A DNA stretch of 64,000 nucleotides, taken from the NCBI RefSeq assembly GCF_009914755.1, contig NC_060926.1; one strand, written 5' to 3'. Every line of letters begins with the position of its first letter. Within the stretch, counting starts at the first letter, position 1. Below the pieces are notes generated by a model. The model was given only the letters and a program-made list of their open reading frames with translations, was not told where the DNA came from and searched no databases. The position numbers and the translations under genes were made by a program. Below, piece by piece: positions 1 through 10,786 of this stretch. This DNA comes from the human T2T-CHM13v2.0 reference genome, Homo sapiens.

Positions 1-1729
1 ACTGTCCTACAGTTAACTTTTGATGTGTACTTACCTACTTACGTATACATTTTTTCTTTTCTTCATGGGATAAACAGTATAATAAATGCCTTTGGATTAA
101 AGATAAGAAATAAGGCCATTGAATTAAATAACTAAACTAGAAGAGTTTATTTACTGGGCTTGGCTTCAAATTCGTTTTAATAGTCAATTCCCAGAGTTCT
201 TTCAATTCCAGGGAGAGGTGGAATGGGATTTTACACATCTTTTTTTTTTCTTTTAAGAATATGAAGAATTTTGTGATAAAAGAAAAGAAAATAGAAAAGC
301 GATGCAATTTTTTATGGGTAGTATTTTTAACATACTTCACATACTTGCTAAACATGCTATTTATTATATCCAAAACAATGAATGAAAGCATGACATCTTA
401 CTATCAACAAAAAATAATATTTAGATATATTTTTGGGGGACTCAACGATGGAAATGGCCACAGTAGCAACATTGGAGTTCGATTTTGAGAATTAAAATGA
501 CTATGCACCCAAACATGTGCTATTTAAAAATAAATGTGGGAAGCAGATATATCTTCCCACAATATAATTATATTCTATGTTTATTTATCACATCTTAACA
601 GAAATATTTTGGGGGAGTTTAAATGGAAACAAATTGATAGCAGATATAAAATAAGAAGATTATATACTAGAATCTATATATTTGTTGAGATATTTTCAAA
701 TATATATTTATATTTTGAATGGACAATCTTCCAGCAACCTGAGTTTGAATTATTGTCTGATACCTAGCCATCTTTCATGTATTGGGCAATGCTTTTTTCA
801 TGGAAGTTTATATATTGGGCAATATTTTCTTACTCACTACACATGTCTCCAAAACATGAGTTAAATATTATGGAGTAAGTCTGAAAAAAAAAGTTATTTT
901 CTTTTTCTAGCAATTCAGACCATTCTATCAATCAAGTGGACATATAACTATTTAATGCAAAATAAAAATCTAAAGAATAAAATTCCAAGCTTTATAATTT
1001 TTATTCTTATTCTTCTATTCTTTAGAGTTTAAGAAATATATTCTTAATAAATTTACACACCTCTATAGCATTTCTGCTTGACACAAAATACATATTTTAT
1101 GGATAATACAGTACACTGTATATACATATATGAAATGTTATGCAACTGTGAAATATATAGGTGACCCTGTTGTCAAGGGAATCCAGAAAAATTATTTTTC
1201 AGTTGCACATACCAATTTATGCCAAAATATATTAAAGGGAATTAAGTAACACATGACTTAATGTTTGTGTAGACAACTAAATAAAATAAAATCATAGAAG
1301 TGATGCTGTAAGAAATATTGGGACTTAAAGAAGTTTGGAGGTTTTGCAATGATGTTGAAATGTATAGAACCCATAGTATTTTACTAAGAAGATTATCTGG
1401 ATTTTATTTTATTTTTTTGAGAGACAACAAAAACTGTTCTATGATGTTGGCTTCTATTTAAGTCATAAAACTTCTATTGAAAGCCTAGGACTCTGTTCTA
1501 CATGTTGGGACCACCAAGATGAGTGAGATTTGAAGCCTGTCCTCTGGGAATTCTGTGTTATAAATTTCATTATGACAGTTTGTAGTTACTCAATAAATTT
1601 TTCTTGCATTTTCACCAAAATAGAGTTACTGCATTTTTATTGCACAGATTATCATGTTATGAAATATTGTAAGTCTTTTGAAAAATTTCTGAGCCACTTT
1701 GACAGTCTCCTGTTGGAACACAAACTTAT

Positions 1730-1870
1730 TCATTAGATTAACTCAACAAACACCTAAAATTTTATTTAAAAAGTGAATGCTCATGTCTACAGTCCTGAGC
1801 TAGGAATTAGAGGACACCAAAAGGCATAAAATACAGCCCATTTTTTCAAGGAACTCTCTATCAAATTAGG
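1730..1870 (-). mobile_element. L2 LINE 3' fragment
   Basis: CATTAGATTAACTCAACAAACAC...GCTAGG...TTCAAGGAACTC resembles the antisense L2 3' end. Confidence 0.45.
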
Positions 1871-2069
1871 TACAAGCAAGATATTTATCTGAGAGTATCA
1901 TCTTCTGGGCTCCAAGTCCAAGCTAGTAACTTTGATTTAATTATTTCATAAGCAGTTTTTATTCACTCATAAAGCCACAAATTTAGTTGTATTTTTGAGT
2001 AGCATCTGGAAACAGTAATACATACAACAATAACTATTATTATAATTTATAAGTAAAATTCAGGTAATG

Positions 2070-2315
2070 GAGCATAATATAATTAGAAAAATATCAACTC
2101 TGGAGTCAGACAGACCTGAGTTTGATATAGGTCTGTATCATTTATTAGCTGTGACCATGACCTAGTTTCTTAAACTTTCTGAGACTTAGTTTTGTAATTG
2201 CAGCAGGTAGATAAATTCTTTCAGTGTGGCTTGGAGGATTTAATATAAAACAGAGCTCTTTGAACATGCCTGGCAGAGCATAGGTATGGAAAACTACTAG
2301 GTATTCATCAGTGTT
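2070..2315 (+). mobile_element. MIR SINE
   Basis: CTCTGGAGTCAGACAGACCTGAGTTTGA...TTAGCTGTGACC MIR core, with an ATGCCTGGCA 3' part. Confidence 0.7.
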
Positions 2316-2344
2316 AGAATAATAAGACTTGGGCAATGGTTTAC

Positions 2345-2500
2345 TGTTTTTAAAATGAATTGACCTTCATTATCCTATTTAAACCTCACACCAAATTTAT
2401 CAATTCACTCATTCAGATAAAGAAGCCAGGAAGCCCAGTGACCAATGGAAATTTGACACATCAGGATTTAAATCCATGTTTTCTAGGTCTAGGACCTGCC
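2345..2500 (-). mobile_element. MIR SINE (antisense fragment)
   Basis: TATTTAAACCTCACA...CAGATAAAGAAGCC...GGATTTAAATCCATG matches the antisense MIR core. Confidence 0.5.
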
Positions 2501-2666
2501 CTTTCCCTAAATGATTAGGAATTGTGAGAATTTGATTTAGCTTTGTTCACACCAAAACCTACCTGCCTGGTTTTGGACTAGATATATAACTTCCTCATCT
2601 ATGCATAGGGTGTTGTACTAAAATCCACGTTCACAGTTCTTTCTAGTTCTGTGTATACATACATTG

Positions 2667-2930
2667 AGAGGCAGCATAGTGTAGTTGTTAAAAGCATGGG
2701 TGTTGGGCATAAACTCTTGGGTTCAAATCTTGACTCTGCCATTTGTTGGCTCTGTAACTTTGGGAGAGTTACCAAATCACTTTAACTCTCATTTTATTCA
2801 TCACTATGGGTTAATAAATAGTACAACTTCAGGGCATTTTGATGAGGAATAAATGAATTAAACTATGCAAAGTACTTAGAATGAAATCTGCTATAGAGTA
2901 AGCATTATGTAAGTATTTGCTCTAATTATC
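2667..2930 (+). mobile_element. MIR SINE, near full length
   Basis: GGCAGCATAGTGTAGTTGTTAAAAGCATGGG...GGGTTCAAATCTTGACTCTGCCA...AAAGTACTTAGAA. Confidence 0.8.
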
Positions 2931-3828
2931 ACCCTAAAATTGTAACAGCAAGTTCAATGACTTCAAGTGCACTATTTTAATGCTTCAAGTCATACAGTAG
3001 ATTTGTTTAAACAATTATGTGGAAGCTTCCACAACCTAGCTGAGCTCATGGGCCCAATTTTATTGCCGCCCTTGTGTGACAGACGCAACATGCTAGCTCT
3101 GTTCCAAAGAACAGTTACTGGTAGACATGGTGCCACATATACCTGGAAGCAGTGGTTACTTGTCCAGTAATATGTACATATGTGTATGTATGTATCAATA
3201 TATAGTCCACACCGAGCTTTCTTCTGGTAACCAAACTGACCTCATGAATCCATTTTTCTAAATTTTTGAAGTTGATTAGAATCCTTGTCAGTCTGACTAC
3301 AGGGACCAATGGTTCTAATGTAGACATTTGCCGAAGCATCAAAAACTATAGCAAAAACTTCTTAGCAGAAGAAATATTTAAGCATTTACATTCTAAGCAT
3401 ATGGTGTGCACTTAAAATCATTTTGATGAGATGAATTATTAAAAATATTCTACTACATTCTGTTTATAAATAAACCTGTTTAAAATTATTTCAAGAATAA
3501 AAAAACATTCATTCAAATCTTTAAAACATATCACATTAATATTAGACCTCACTGAAAAGTAATTCCAATAATTGAATTTAAAAATATGGGCACAAATAAG
3601 ACAATGGAGCCAACATAAAGTTACAGGTAAATATTTGGAAAATTGCTTAAAAGTGTAAAAGATTTAATTTTCATATCATGAACTTTCAGAACATATTGAA
3701 AAATATTCATGCCCAAATTGTTAAATATCGCGATGTTTACTAATTTAAGTACAAAATTTGTTTATAGTTTCCATTCTTTTATTTTTGTTTTGTAAGAATT
3801 ATTTCTTAATTTATCTTCAGAGTTTTTG

Positions 3829-4134
3829 GACTGGGCATAGTAGCTCACATCTGTAGTCCCAGCACTTTGGGAGGCTGAGGCGGGAGAATTGCTTGAACCC
3901 ATGAGTTTGAGACCACACTGGGCAATATAGAGAGACCTCATCTCTACCAAAATTTTTTTTAAAAAATTAGCTGGGCATGGTGGTATATGCTTGTAGTCCC
4001 AACTACTGGGGAGACTGAGGTGGGAGGATCACTTGAGCCCAGGAGGTTGAGGCTGCTGTGAGCTGTGATTGCATCATCGTATTCTTAGCCTGGGTGAGGG
4101 TGAGACCTTGTCTAAAACAAGACAAAACTAAAAA
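3829..4134 (+). mobile_element. AluJ-type SINE in the last intron
   Basis: Dimeric Alu with J-type GGATCACTTGAGCCCAGGAGGTTGAGGCTGC and a degenerate A-tail. Confidence 0.9.
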
Positions 4135-4204
4135 GAATTTTAGAAGAGATATAGAAACAGCTGACATTGTTCTAAGAAACTACTAGCACAGTGCAAAAGA
4201 AATA

Positions 4205-4254
4205 TGCTTTCATTCCATTTTTTTCTTCTGTATTCACTCTTTCTTTTTTGCTAG
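4205..4254 (+). promoter_or_regulatory. 3' splice acceptor of the terminal exon (branch point, polypyrimidine tract, AG)
   Basis: AG-free pyrimidine-rich stretch ~4200-4252, YTNAY-like TTCAC at 4233-4237, TAG at 4252-4254. Confidence 0.85.
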
Positions 4255-4482
4255 GTGGCATGCATGCAGTGGTTTCATGGAGACCATACAATGCTTGAGA
4301 TGATTGAGAAAAAGCGTTGCTTGTGCAAGGAAATAAAGGCTAGACAGAAAACGGAAAAGGGCCTTTGCAAACAGGATAGCATGCCTATCTTGCCCAGCTG
4401 GAAGAAGAATGCAGGTGCCAAGAAGTACAGCCCTCCACCGTATTCTAAACAGCAAACGGTATTCTGGGATACTGCCATATGA
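4255..4482 (+). CDS. NYAP2: Terminal coding exon (75 codons + TGA) of neuronal tyrosine-phosphorylated PI3K adaptor 2; upstream exons lie outside the window
   Basis: Long polypyrimidine tract ending ...TTCTTTTTTGCTAG at 4254, then in-frame VACMQWFHGDHTMLEMIEKKRCLCKEIKARQKTEKGLCKQDSMPILPSWKKNAGAKKYSPPPYSKQQTVFWDTAI*. This resembles the NYAP1 C-terminus as I recall it (CKEIKAR...GLCKQESMPILPSW...QHTVLWDTAI) but is not identical, so it is the paralog. Identification is from memory. Confidence 0.85.
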   Translation: MACMQWFHGDHTMLEMIEKKRCLCKEIKARQKTEKGLCKQDSMPILPSWKKNAGAKKYSPPPYSKQQTVFWDTAI

Positions 4483-5295
4483 GTGTGTGCAGGATGGTGT
4501 GAGCTCTACATTTCTTAATATGAAGAGGGAGGTCGACTCGGTCATATGATAATGAACTGTTACATATCTTTTCTGTGGGAGTGGAATGCCACGGGAAGCT
4601 GTGCCTATTCGTGGCAAGTTCAAGATAAAATGCATATGTCCTTGCAATGAAGGCACACTTATTTATCCCGGATTATTTTGAATCCAGAAGATATTAAAAT
4701 GTAAATATTTTACTAGTTTATGGGTGACATCTGAAATAATACACATTATACGTATATAAATTACAGAAATATCAAGAGTTTACTATATGATATAATTTCA
4801 GTATTAACTGGTTTGTTATCTCTTTTATATGTAATCCCTTGATGCCTTTTATTATTAATTTTTGCATTTAAAATGTTTTTTTTCCCTTGCCCACATTTGG
4901 TTTCTGTACAAGAGCTCACAACTATAAATCATGTTCAATCACGTAATATATGATCTGGTGCTAGTAACGTAGAAGTTGAATATCATATTTGTTAAGAGCA
5001 TCTGTGCTTTTTAAGTTTCAAGGGTTTGACAGGAAATGAATGCAAATGTGATGCTTAATTTGGACGTCCAAGTTACATTGACAACAATATTTTTGCTACA
5101 TTGGCTTTATAAGAATTTCTCTTTAGCATCCTCTGGCAATGGTTAGGCTAACCATTAGTCTGACTTAGTAATAACTAAGCAATGGTTAGTCAGACTCCAG
5201 AGAAAGTTACTAGGATATATTGGACATCCCAGCAGAAAACATTTCCTTCAGAAATGACTTTAGGGACATGTGTCCTTGCATCATTGATCTGATTG

Positions 5296-5318
5296 GAGGA
5301 GACCAGGGTTCACTGTGA
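5296..5318 (+). promoter_or_regulatory. Extensively complementary miR-128-3p target site (8mer seed plus full 3' pairing)
   Basis: GAGGAGACCAGGGTTCACTGTGA versus miR-128-3p UCACAGUGAACCGGUCUCUUU: nt 1-12 Watson-Crick, 2-nt target bulge, nt 13-18 Watson-Crick, nt 19-21 G:U/A-U/G:U. Confidence 0.65.
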
Positions 5319-6220
5319 CAATGGAAGGAACAAGGAATTAATAGCTCAAGAGCATGACTGCTTTCAAGAAAGTGGGACCAGTGGCATTGTAGCCACCATA
5401 ATCACTATATTTAAGTAACTTTTCATGTGTATGCTTGTTTCCCCAAGAAAATGAGAAATAAACATTCAACTAGACCAGTTTACATATTTTAATACACTAA
5501 ATGCCAATCTTTCTAAAAGTTTAGATCTATTAATAAAATATGTATTTCTTGTTAATTTTTTCAAACTGGTTATCACCACATTTCTGGGTCATAATCTTCT
5601 GTATGTGATCATCACACCCATTCTTACTGATTATGACACCATGACCAAAGAATTATGATCATGTTTCATTTCATTTTGTTTCAAGAAAGAGACAGGAAAT
5701 GCAGGGGATGAGGGATGGGGTGGATTCAATTTTATGTAGTGGTGAAATTTAAGTTAAAAAAATCATATATATCTTTTAAGAAGAACTTGTTAGTTGAATA
5801 TAAATATTGCCACGAATGAATAAAAAAGAAACTATCGCATATATTTTGTATATTTAAATTACTATTTATGCCTCCTAAAATTGATAGTATGTGGTTCTTT
5901 GTTAACAATCAATTTAGTATTATATTTCTGAGAGAAAAGATGTGTTTTTGAAGTTATTGTTATAGCAGTTTTTCTTGTAAGGGTATTGACAGCAATAGTT
6001 CAGTGCTGCTCAATAAAACCAAATATAACAGGAGTTAGAGAATCTTTGTAATCTATATTGCTACAAACCTAGTAATGCTTTATCAGTAATAGTTTCTTTC
6101 AAAAGCCTTTTCAATGTTATAACATGATTTTCTAATGTTTTATAATTAATGTGTATTTTGATGTCCAATTCAAATTCTGAAAAAATAAGGAAAAAGGTAA
6201 GTGGGAGCAGTGTATGGTTG

Positions 6221-6268
6221 GTGTGTCTGTGAGCGTGCGTGCATGTGTGTGTGTGTGAGTGTGTGTGT
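6221..6268 (+). repeat. Imperfect (TG)n microsatellite in the 3' UTR
   Basis: GTGTGTCTGTGAGCGTGCGTGCATGTGTGTGTGTGTGAGTGTGTGTGT. Confidence 0.9.
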
Positions 6269-8261
6269 ACATGAACGAATACTCAGTGGGAGAACTGTAT
6301 ACATAAAACGCTTACTGAAGTTGCAGGTTCTGCTTGTATAATTGAGGTGGTAGAAAACCGGGATCACAAATGCAGGAAATTAGGAAGGGATCTTAAGTAG
6401 CTTAAATAAAACCCGCCAGCATGTTTCACCAGCTATAGATTATGTTTCAAACCAAATAATCTATGAAGCACAAATCTAAGGGTGATGAAAATGTGTTTAG
6501 ATAAAATCAGAATGGAAATAAAATGTGTTTATGACCCAAGTTGTTATCCTGATTTAAGTTATTATGACCACATATACTCAAGCCTATCAGTCAGACACAA
6601 GATACTAATTCTCAGCATGTCTATGATTACGTATATATTCAGGCTCAGTATGGTGATGATTAACCCTCCCTTAAAATTTATATTTAGGGAACATCTTTCT
6701 GTGGGGAGATGCAAGTGTGTTTTTCAGATGCGTATCTTTCCCATATCACTCTGATTTAGGCAGAAAGTTTATTTAATGTTGGCCATTTGTCAAGAAGGAA
6801 ACAAAAGTACTAAAATGATCTGTGTTGGATTAAACCATTCCTGTTTGTTCTATCAAACTTATGCTAGGGCCAGGTTTCATGCACTCCTTTTTCAAATGCA
6901 TTATTTTCTGAGGCGGTAACTTGTTTGAAAATTTGACCTTAGGCAACCATTTTCATTTATTTCCGCAAATCTCTACTTAAGTGGAAAGTGACTGAAAGAT
7001 CTGGAAAAGTGGCTTCACTGAGATTTGACTCAAGAACTGTTATTCTGTGCCTATACGATTGTCCACTGTGGCAATAATCATTCCATGATCAATTTCCTTT
7101 TTGTGTAGTGTTTCTCTAAATGGAGAAAAGGAGATCATTAGTATGTAGAGAAAAATAAGCTGACTCTCTGAAAGTAATCAACTGGGATACTTCAATATAT
7201 TAATTTGGTCAGAATATAGCCTACAGATAGCCAGAACACTATGCCATGATAAAGCTCATATTTCTAGCAGTGCCAAAGAACAAATCATATCATGGCCTGG
7301 TTATCAGGTTGAAAGAGCTCATACTTATGAAAAATGGTCCTTTCACAGCAAATTTCATAGAAACAGAATTTTATTGGATGTCACAAGATGCTTTTATATG
7401 TGAAACACTCCTTAGCAGAGAAGATATAAATTTCTTTAGAATTGATGAAAAGAAAATATAAAAATCTGCATTTATTTCAATCGCAGAAGCCAGCATCCTC
7501 TGAGGTATAAGAGTAGTCTATTACATAAACACCGCTCACATCTCTCCCATGTTTATGCTACTGAAGCAAGCTTGGCGCCAAATGTGATGGATTTATGTAA
7601 ATGAAGGTTAATACTCACCCATGTAAAATAATTAGAAAAGTAAAACAAAACGTCCGGAGATTTAAATTTGTAGTTTTAAAGTATTATATATTCAAATACA
7701 TGCCAATTGTCTGGAGACAACTAGATACAACTTTACTTTCCAAAGTAGTGACAAAATTTTCTTTGAATGCTTCTAGAGAATAAAAGAATGTTTTTATTAC
7801 TACATTTTGTTGGTAGGTCTTGCCTATACATGGAATTTAGTTTGATTCTTTTGAGCAAATCTAGTGACTACGTCAATAAAACTAAAGCCATTGGGTTATT
7901 ATTTTAACTAATAAAATAAGACATCAACACAATGCACGTACAAATGCAATTTTAATATCACTTCCATGTTAAGACAAGTAGAAAAGAGCTTGTAAAATAA
8001 CTACACTCACATGTGAAATTAAGAAACAATTCCTACGATTTAAGCAGTAAGTTATCCGAGATGAGAGGGAATTCACACTTGCAAAGAAATAGAAGTAGAA
8101 TAGATAGCAATTCACAATTCATTGTGTCCCAAACTTAAGTGGAAATAAAAGAAAAATGGTACCTATAGCATTTAACATTATGTCACTACATCTTCCATGT
8201 ATACAAAATAGACAGCTAATTGTAGAATGTGGACCATTTTTTACTAATCTGTTATTTAACA

Positions 8262-8362
8262 GTTGATTATTGAGCAAACTTATGTATCAGGCATTTAAAA
8301 ATTCTAAAGCACTTGGTGTTAAACATTGAAAAAGATGTTGTCCCATCCTTCAAGGAGCTTAA
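8262..8362 (-). mobile_element. L2 3' fragment within the putative UTR
   Basis: TTATTGAGCAAACTTATGTATCAGGCA...GTCCCATCCTTCAAGGAGCTT. Confidence 0.5.
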
Positions 8363-9560
8363 TTATGCAATCATCAATATTTTCAAAATAAAGCCAATTG
8401 TTTTTAAGAAGATATACAATTGTGTTTACATATGGCATTCTCTTTTTTTTCAGATCAAGTGTATAGTCAAGGTAAAATTCTAAACATACTAAACTTAATG
8501 TCTAAGTATAGAATATGTTTATGTGTAAGCCTCGATGTGTGCATATATAATATGTACTGCTGTCTATGTAAATCATTAAAAGGGTAACACATTTTGCCAT
8601 GTTGGACTTGAACATTGTGACTTGGGGTTTGGATGATTTAAAACTCTTTGATATTTGGGTCAATTACATTGCAGCAAAATGTGTGTAATATGGAAAAAAT
8701 GTCTTATTATATTTCCCTTTAAATATTATGAAGTTTCAAATTTAAGGGGAATTTTTTTAAAGAAATGCTGTTGGATTTGTCTCAACCAAACATGAAAATT
8801 CTTTTGAAGTGTTCAATTGTTCCCAAATATAACTGGGTTTGCCCACCCTAAAAGCATCTACATTTACACATGTATACACCCACGTACAGTATACATACTG
8901 TATATAATATATATGAAAATGTTTAGTATGCACTTCTTTTGATTGGAACTCCTTAAGTTAACATTTATAGTGTAGCAACTTGTGTAAAGTGCACTGTGAT
9001 TATAAAAAACAAAGCACAGTAAAGTCACAGGTCTTGTTATCTTGCACTAAAAATGTGTTTACGTATTTAGCAGTTGTATGTTTACTTTCTTGCTCTTTCA
9101 GACAATTGAAACAAATAGCTATGAGAAGATGATATAAAAATAATATGTTTTTTAGTGGATAACGGCACTACATTTTTAAAAGACAGGGTTTTTAAAGAAA
9201 ACCATTTAACATCCATTCCAATATAACATGTTTACCATATCTAAAAATTTGAATGTCATATTGCATTTTTCATAATTCATTAGAAATGTCAGGTATGTGC
9301 CTGAAAATTTGTGCAAATAAGCATTAGATAACAGATTTCTCTACTCATGTGTTATTAGCCATTTCTATATATATAATAATATAAACACTGATGTTTTAAT
9401 GTCTCTTAATTTTTGTACTTGATTTTTTTAGGTAACATGTAATTATAAATGTACTTTGATACTACTAAAGTAACCAGATGTTGTTTGAAAATAAATTGTT
9501 TTCTTTAGTGCATTGACAATATTTTACAATACTTTTTGTGATTATTTATTTGTGCTCCCG

Positions 9561-9625
9561 TGTAATTATAATAAAAGCAATAGTTTAAATTAGTTGACTT
9601 TGTCGTTACTGGTATTTATTTATCA
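9561..9625 (+). terminator. Candidate distal polyadenylation site
   Basis: TGTA (9561-9564), AATAAA (9570-9575), then a GU/U-rich element TTTGTCGTTACTGGTATTTATTT (~9599-9621). Repeat-rich DNA resumes shortly downstream. Confidence 0.5.
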
Positions 9626-10719
9626 AGAAACAAAATAAGAACTTTTTCAAAGAAAAATACAACATTTTTCAATTTCTGCAGTTGACCATGAGATTGCATG
9701 TATTGTAGAAGCCTGATGCTGGTGAGTATTGAGGGTCTAGACTTTCTAATTTGTTCTGTGACCCCCCAGTTGCCCTTAATCACTGCTTGGCTTCTCCCTC
9801 AAGGTGATCCATTAAGTAAGAGGAACATTGACACTTCTCTTTCTTCCATATGTACCTAATTCCAGTTAAATGACTCAGAGTGTATCTAAGGTGTGCTGGT
9901 GGCATGAAAGAGAAAATTCTGGCAATCCTAGACCTGTGTATGTAGACAAGGTATTTATTCGAGGGGTGCTACTTAGCACATTCATTTATTCAGTCATACT
10001 TTTAGAGTTAACCTGGCTTAAATAAGGAGCAAGTCAGTATGTACAGTGTTGCTAGGATATCAATATCTAAAATGTCATCGAGCATGGTAAATATATGACA
10101 AGATTCTGGAGCTCAGTCAGTTTACAAAAAATGCCTGTAAAATAATGTAGAGACTTCTAATAGTTTCTAATGGCTACTTCATCAACCGCTTACATACTCT
10201 CTTTTATATCCAATCTCAACATAATTAATTATAACGTCATAATTTCTCACCAATTATTTCCATGTTCATTTCATAAAAAGAAAGAAATTTATTATCACTG
10301 TTTTGTCCCACCCTTCCAGCTACTCAAATGCTCAGTGTGCTACTCTACCTTTTGTTTGAACAAAAACTAACCTATCACCACCCCACCACCATCAACAGTC
10401 CAACCTTTCATCCATCTCAGCCCATGAAAAAAAAAGCTCCCCAATATTTGAAATTATTGGTTTCTTCCATTCTCCCAACCGCCATTACAAATCATTTTTT
10501 CCATCTCTGTGATCTCAGATTCTAATTAAATTATGTTGACACAATGATGTGAATGACTGATAAAACAATGTTCATCCTATAGTGATTTGTATTTGAGAAG
10601 ATTCTTACTAACATGCATGAGTGAATATTAGAATGTCGGGCAATGTAACAAACCAGGAGATCGGAAGAAAATAACTTTAGAGAAAATTTTGCATAATATC
10701 ATCTCACCTCATGTCTTGT

Positions 10720-10748
10720 AGAGTGGTGGTTCTCTCAAACCTTGCTGT

Positions 10749-10786
<38 letters not shown>

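Larger units (their letters stand above)
4483..9600 (+). other. NYAP2: Putative long 3' UTR of NYAP2 with alternative poly(A) sites
   Basis: Follows the stop codon. Almost free of interspersed repeats, unlike the flanks. AU-rich, with many miRNA seed matches and Pumilio-type TGTANATA (4700-4707, 8899-8906). AATAAA at 5457, 5532, 5819, 6012, 9490, 9570. The end point is inferred. Confidence 0.55.

Noticed and set aside
4255-4257. ORF track shows the 75-aa ORF starting with Met
   Set aside because: The codon is GTG (Val) directly after a splice-acceptor AG. It is an internal exon start, not an initiation site.
4447-4470. Possible PP1 RVxF docking motif in KQQTVFW
   Set aside because: The basic residue is too far from the Val to fit the consensus.
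4234-4656. 140-aa antisense ORF overlapping the exon
   Set aside because: It has no recognisable homology and is explained as an antisense shadow of the coding exon.
5181-5193. ATGGTTAG resembles the complement of the miR-218 3' half
   Set aside because: There is no adjacent seed match, so it is probably coincidental.
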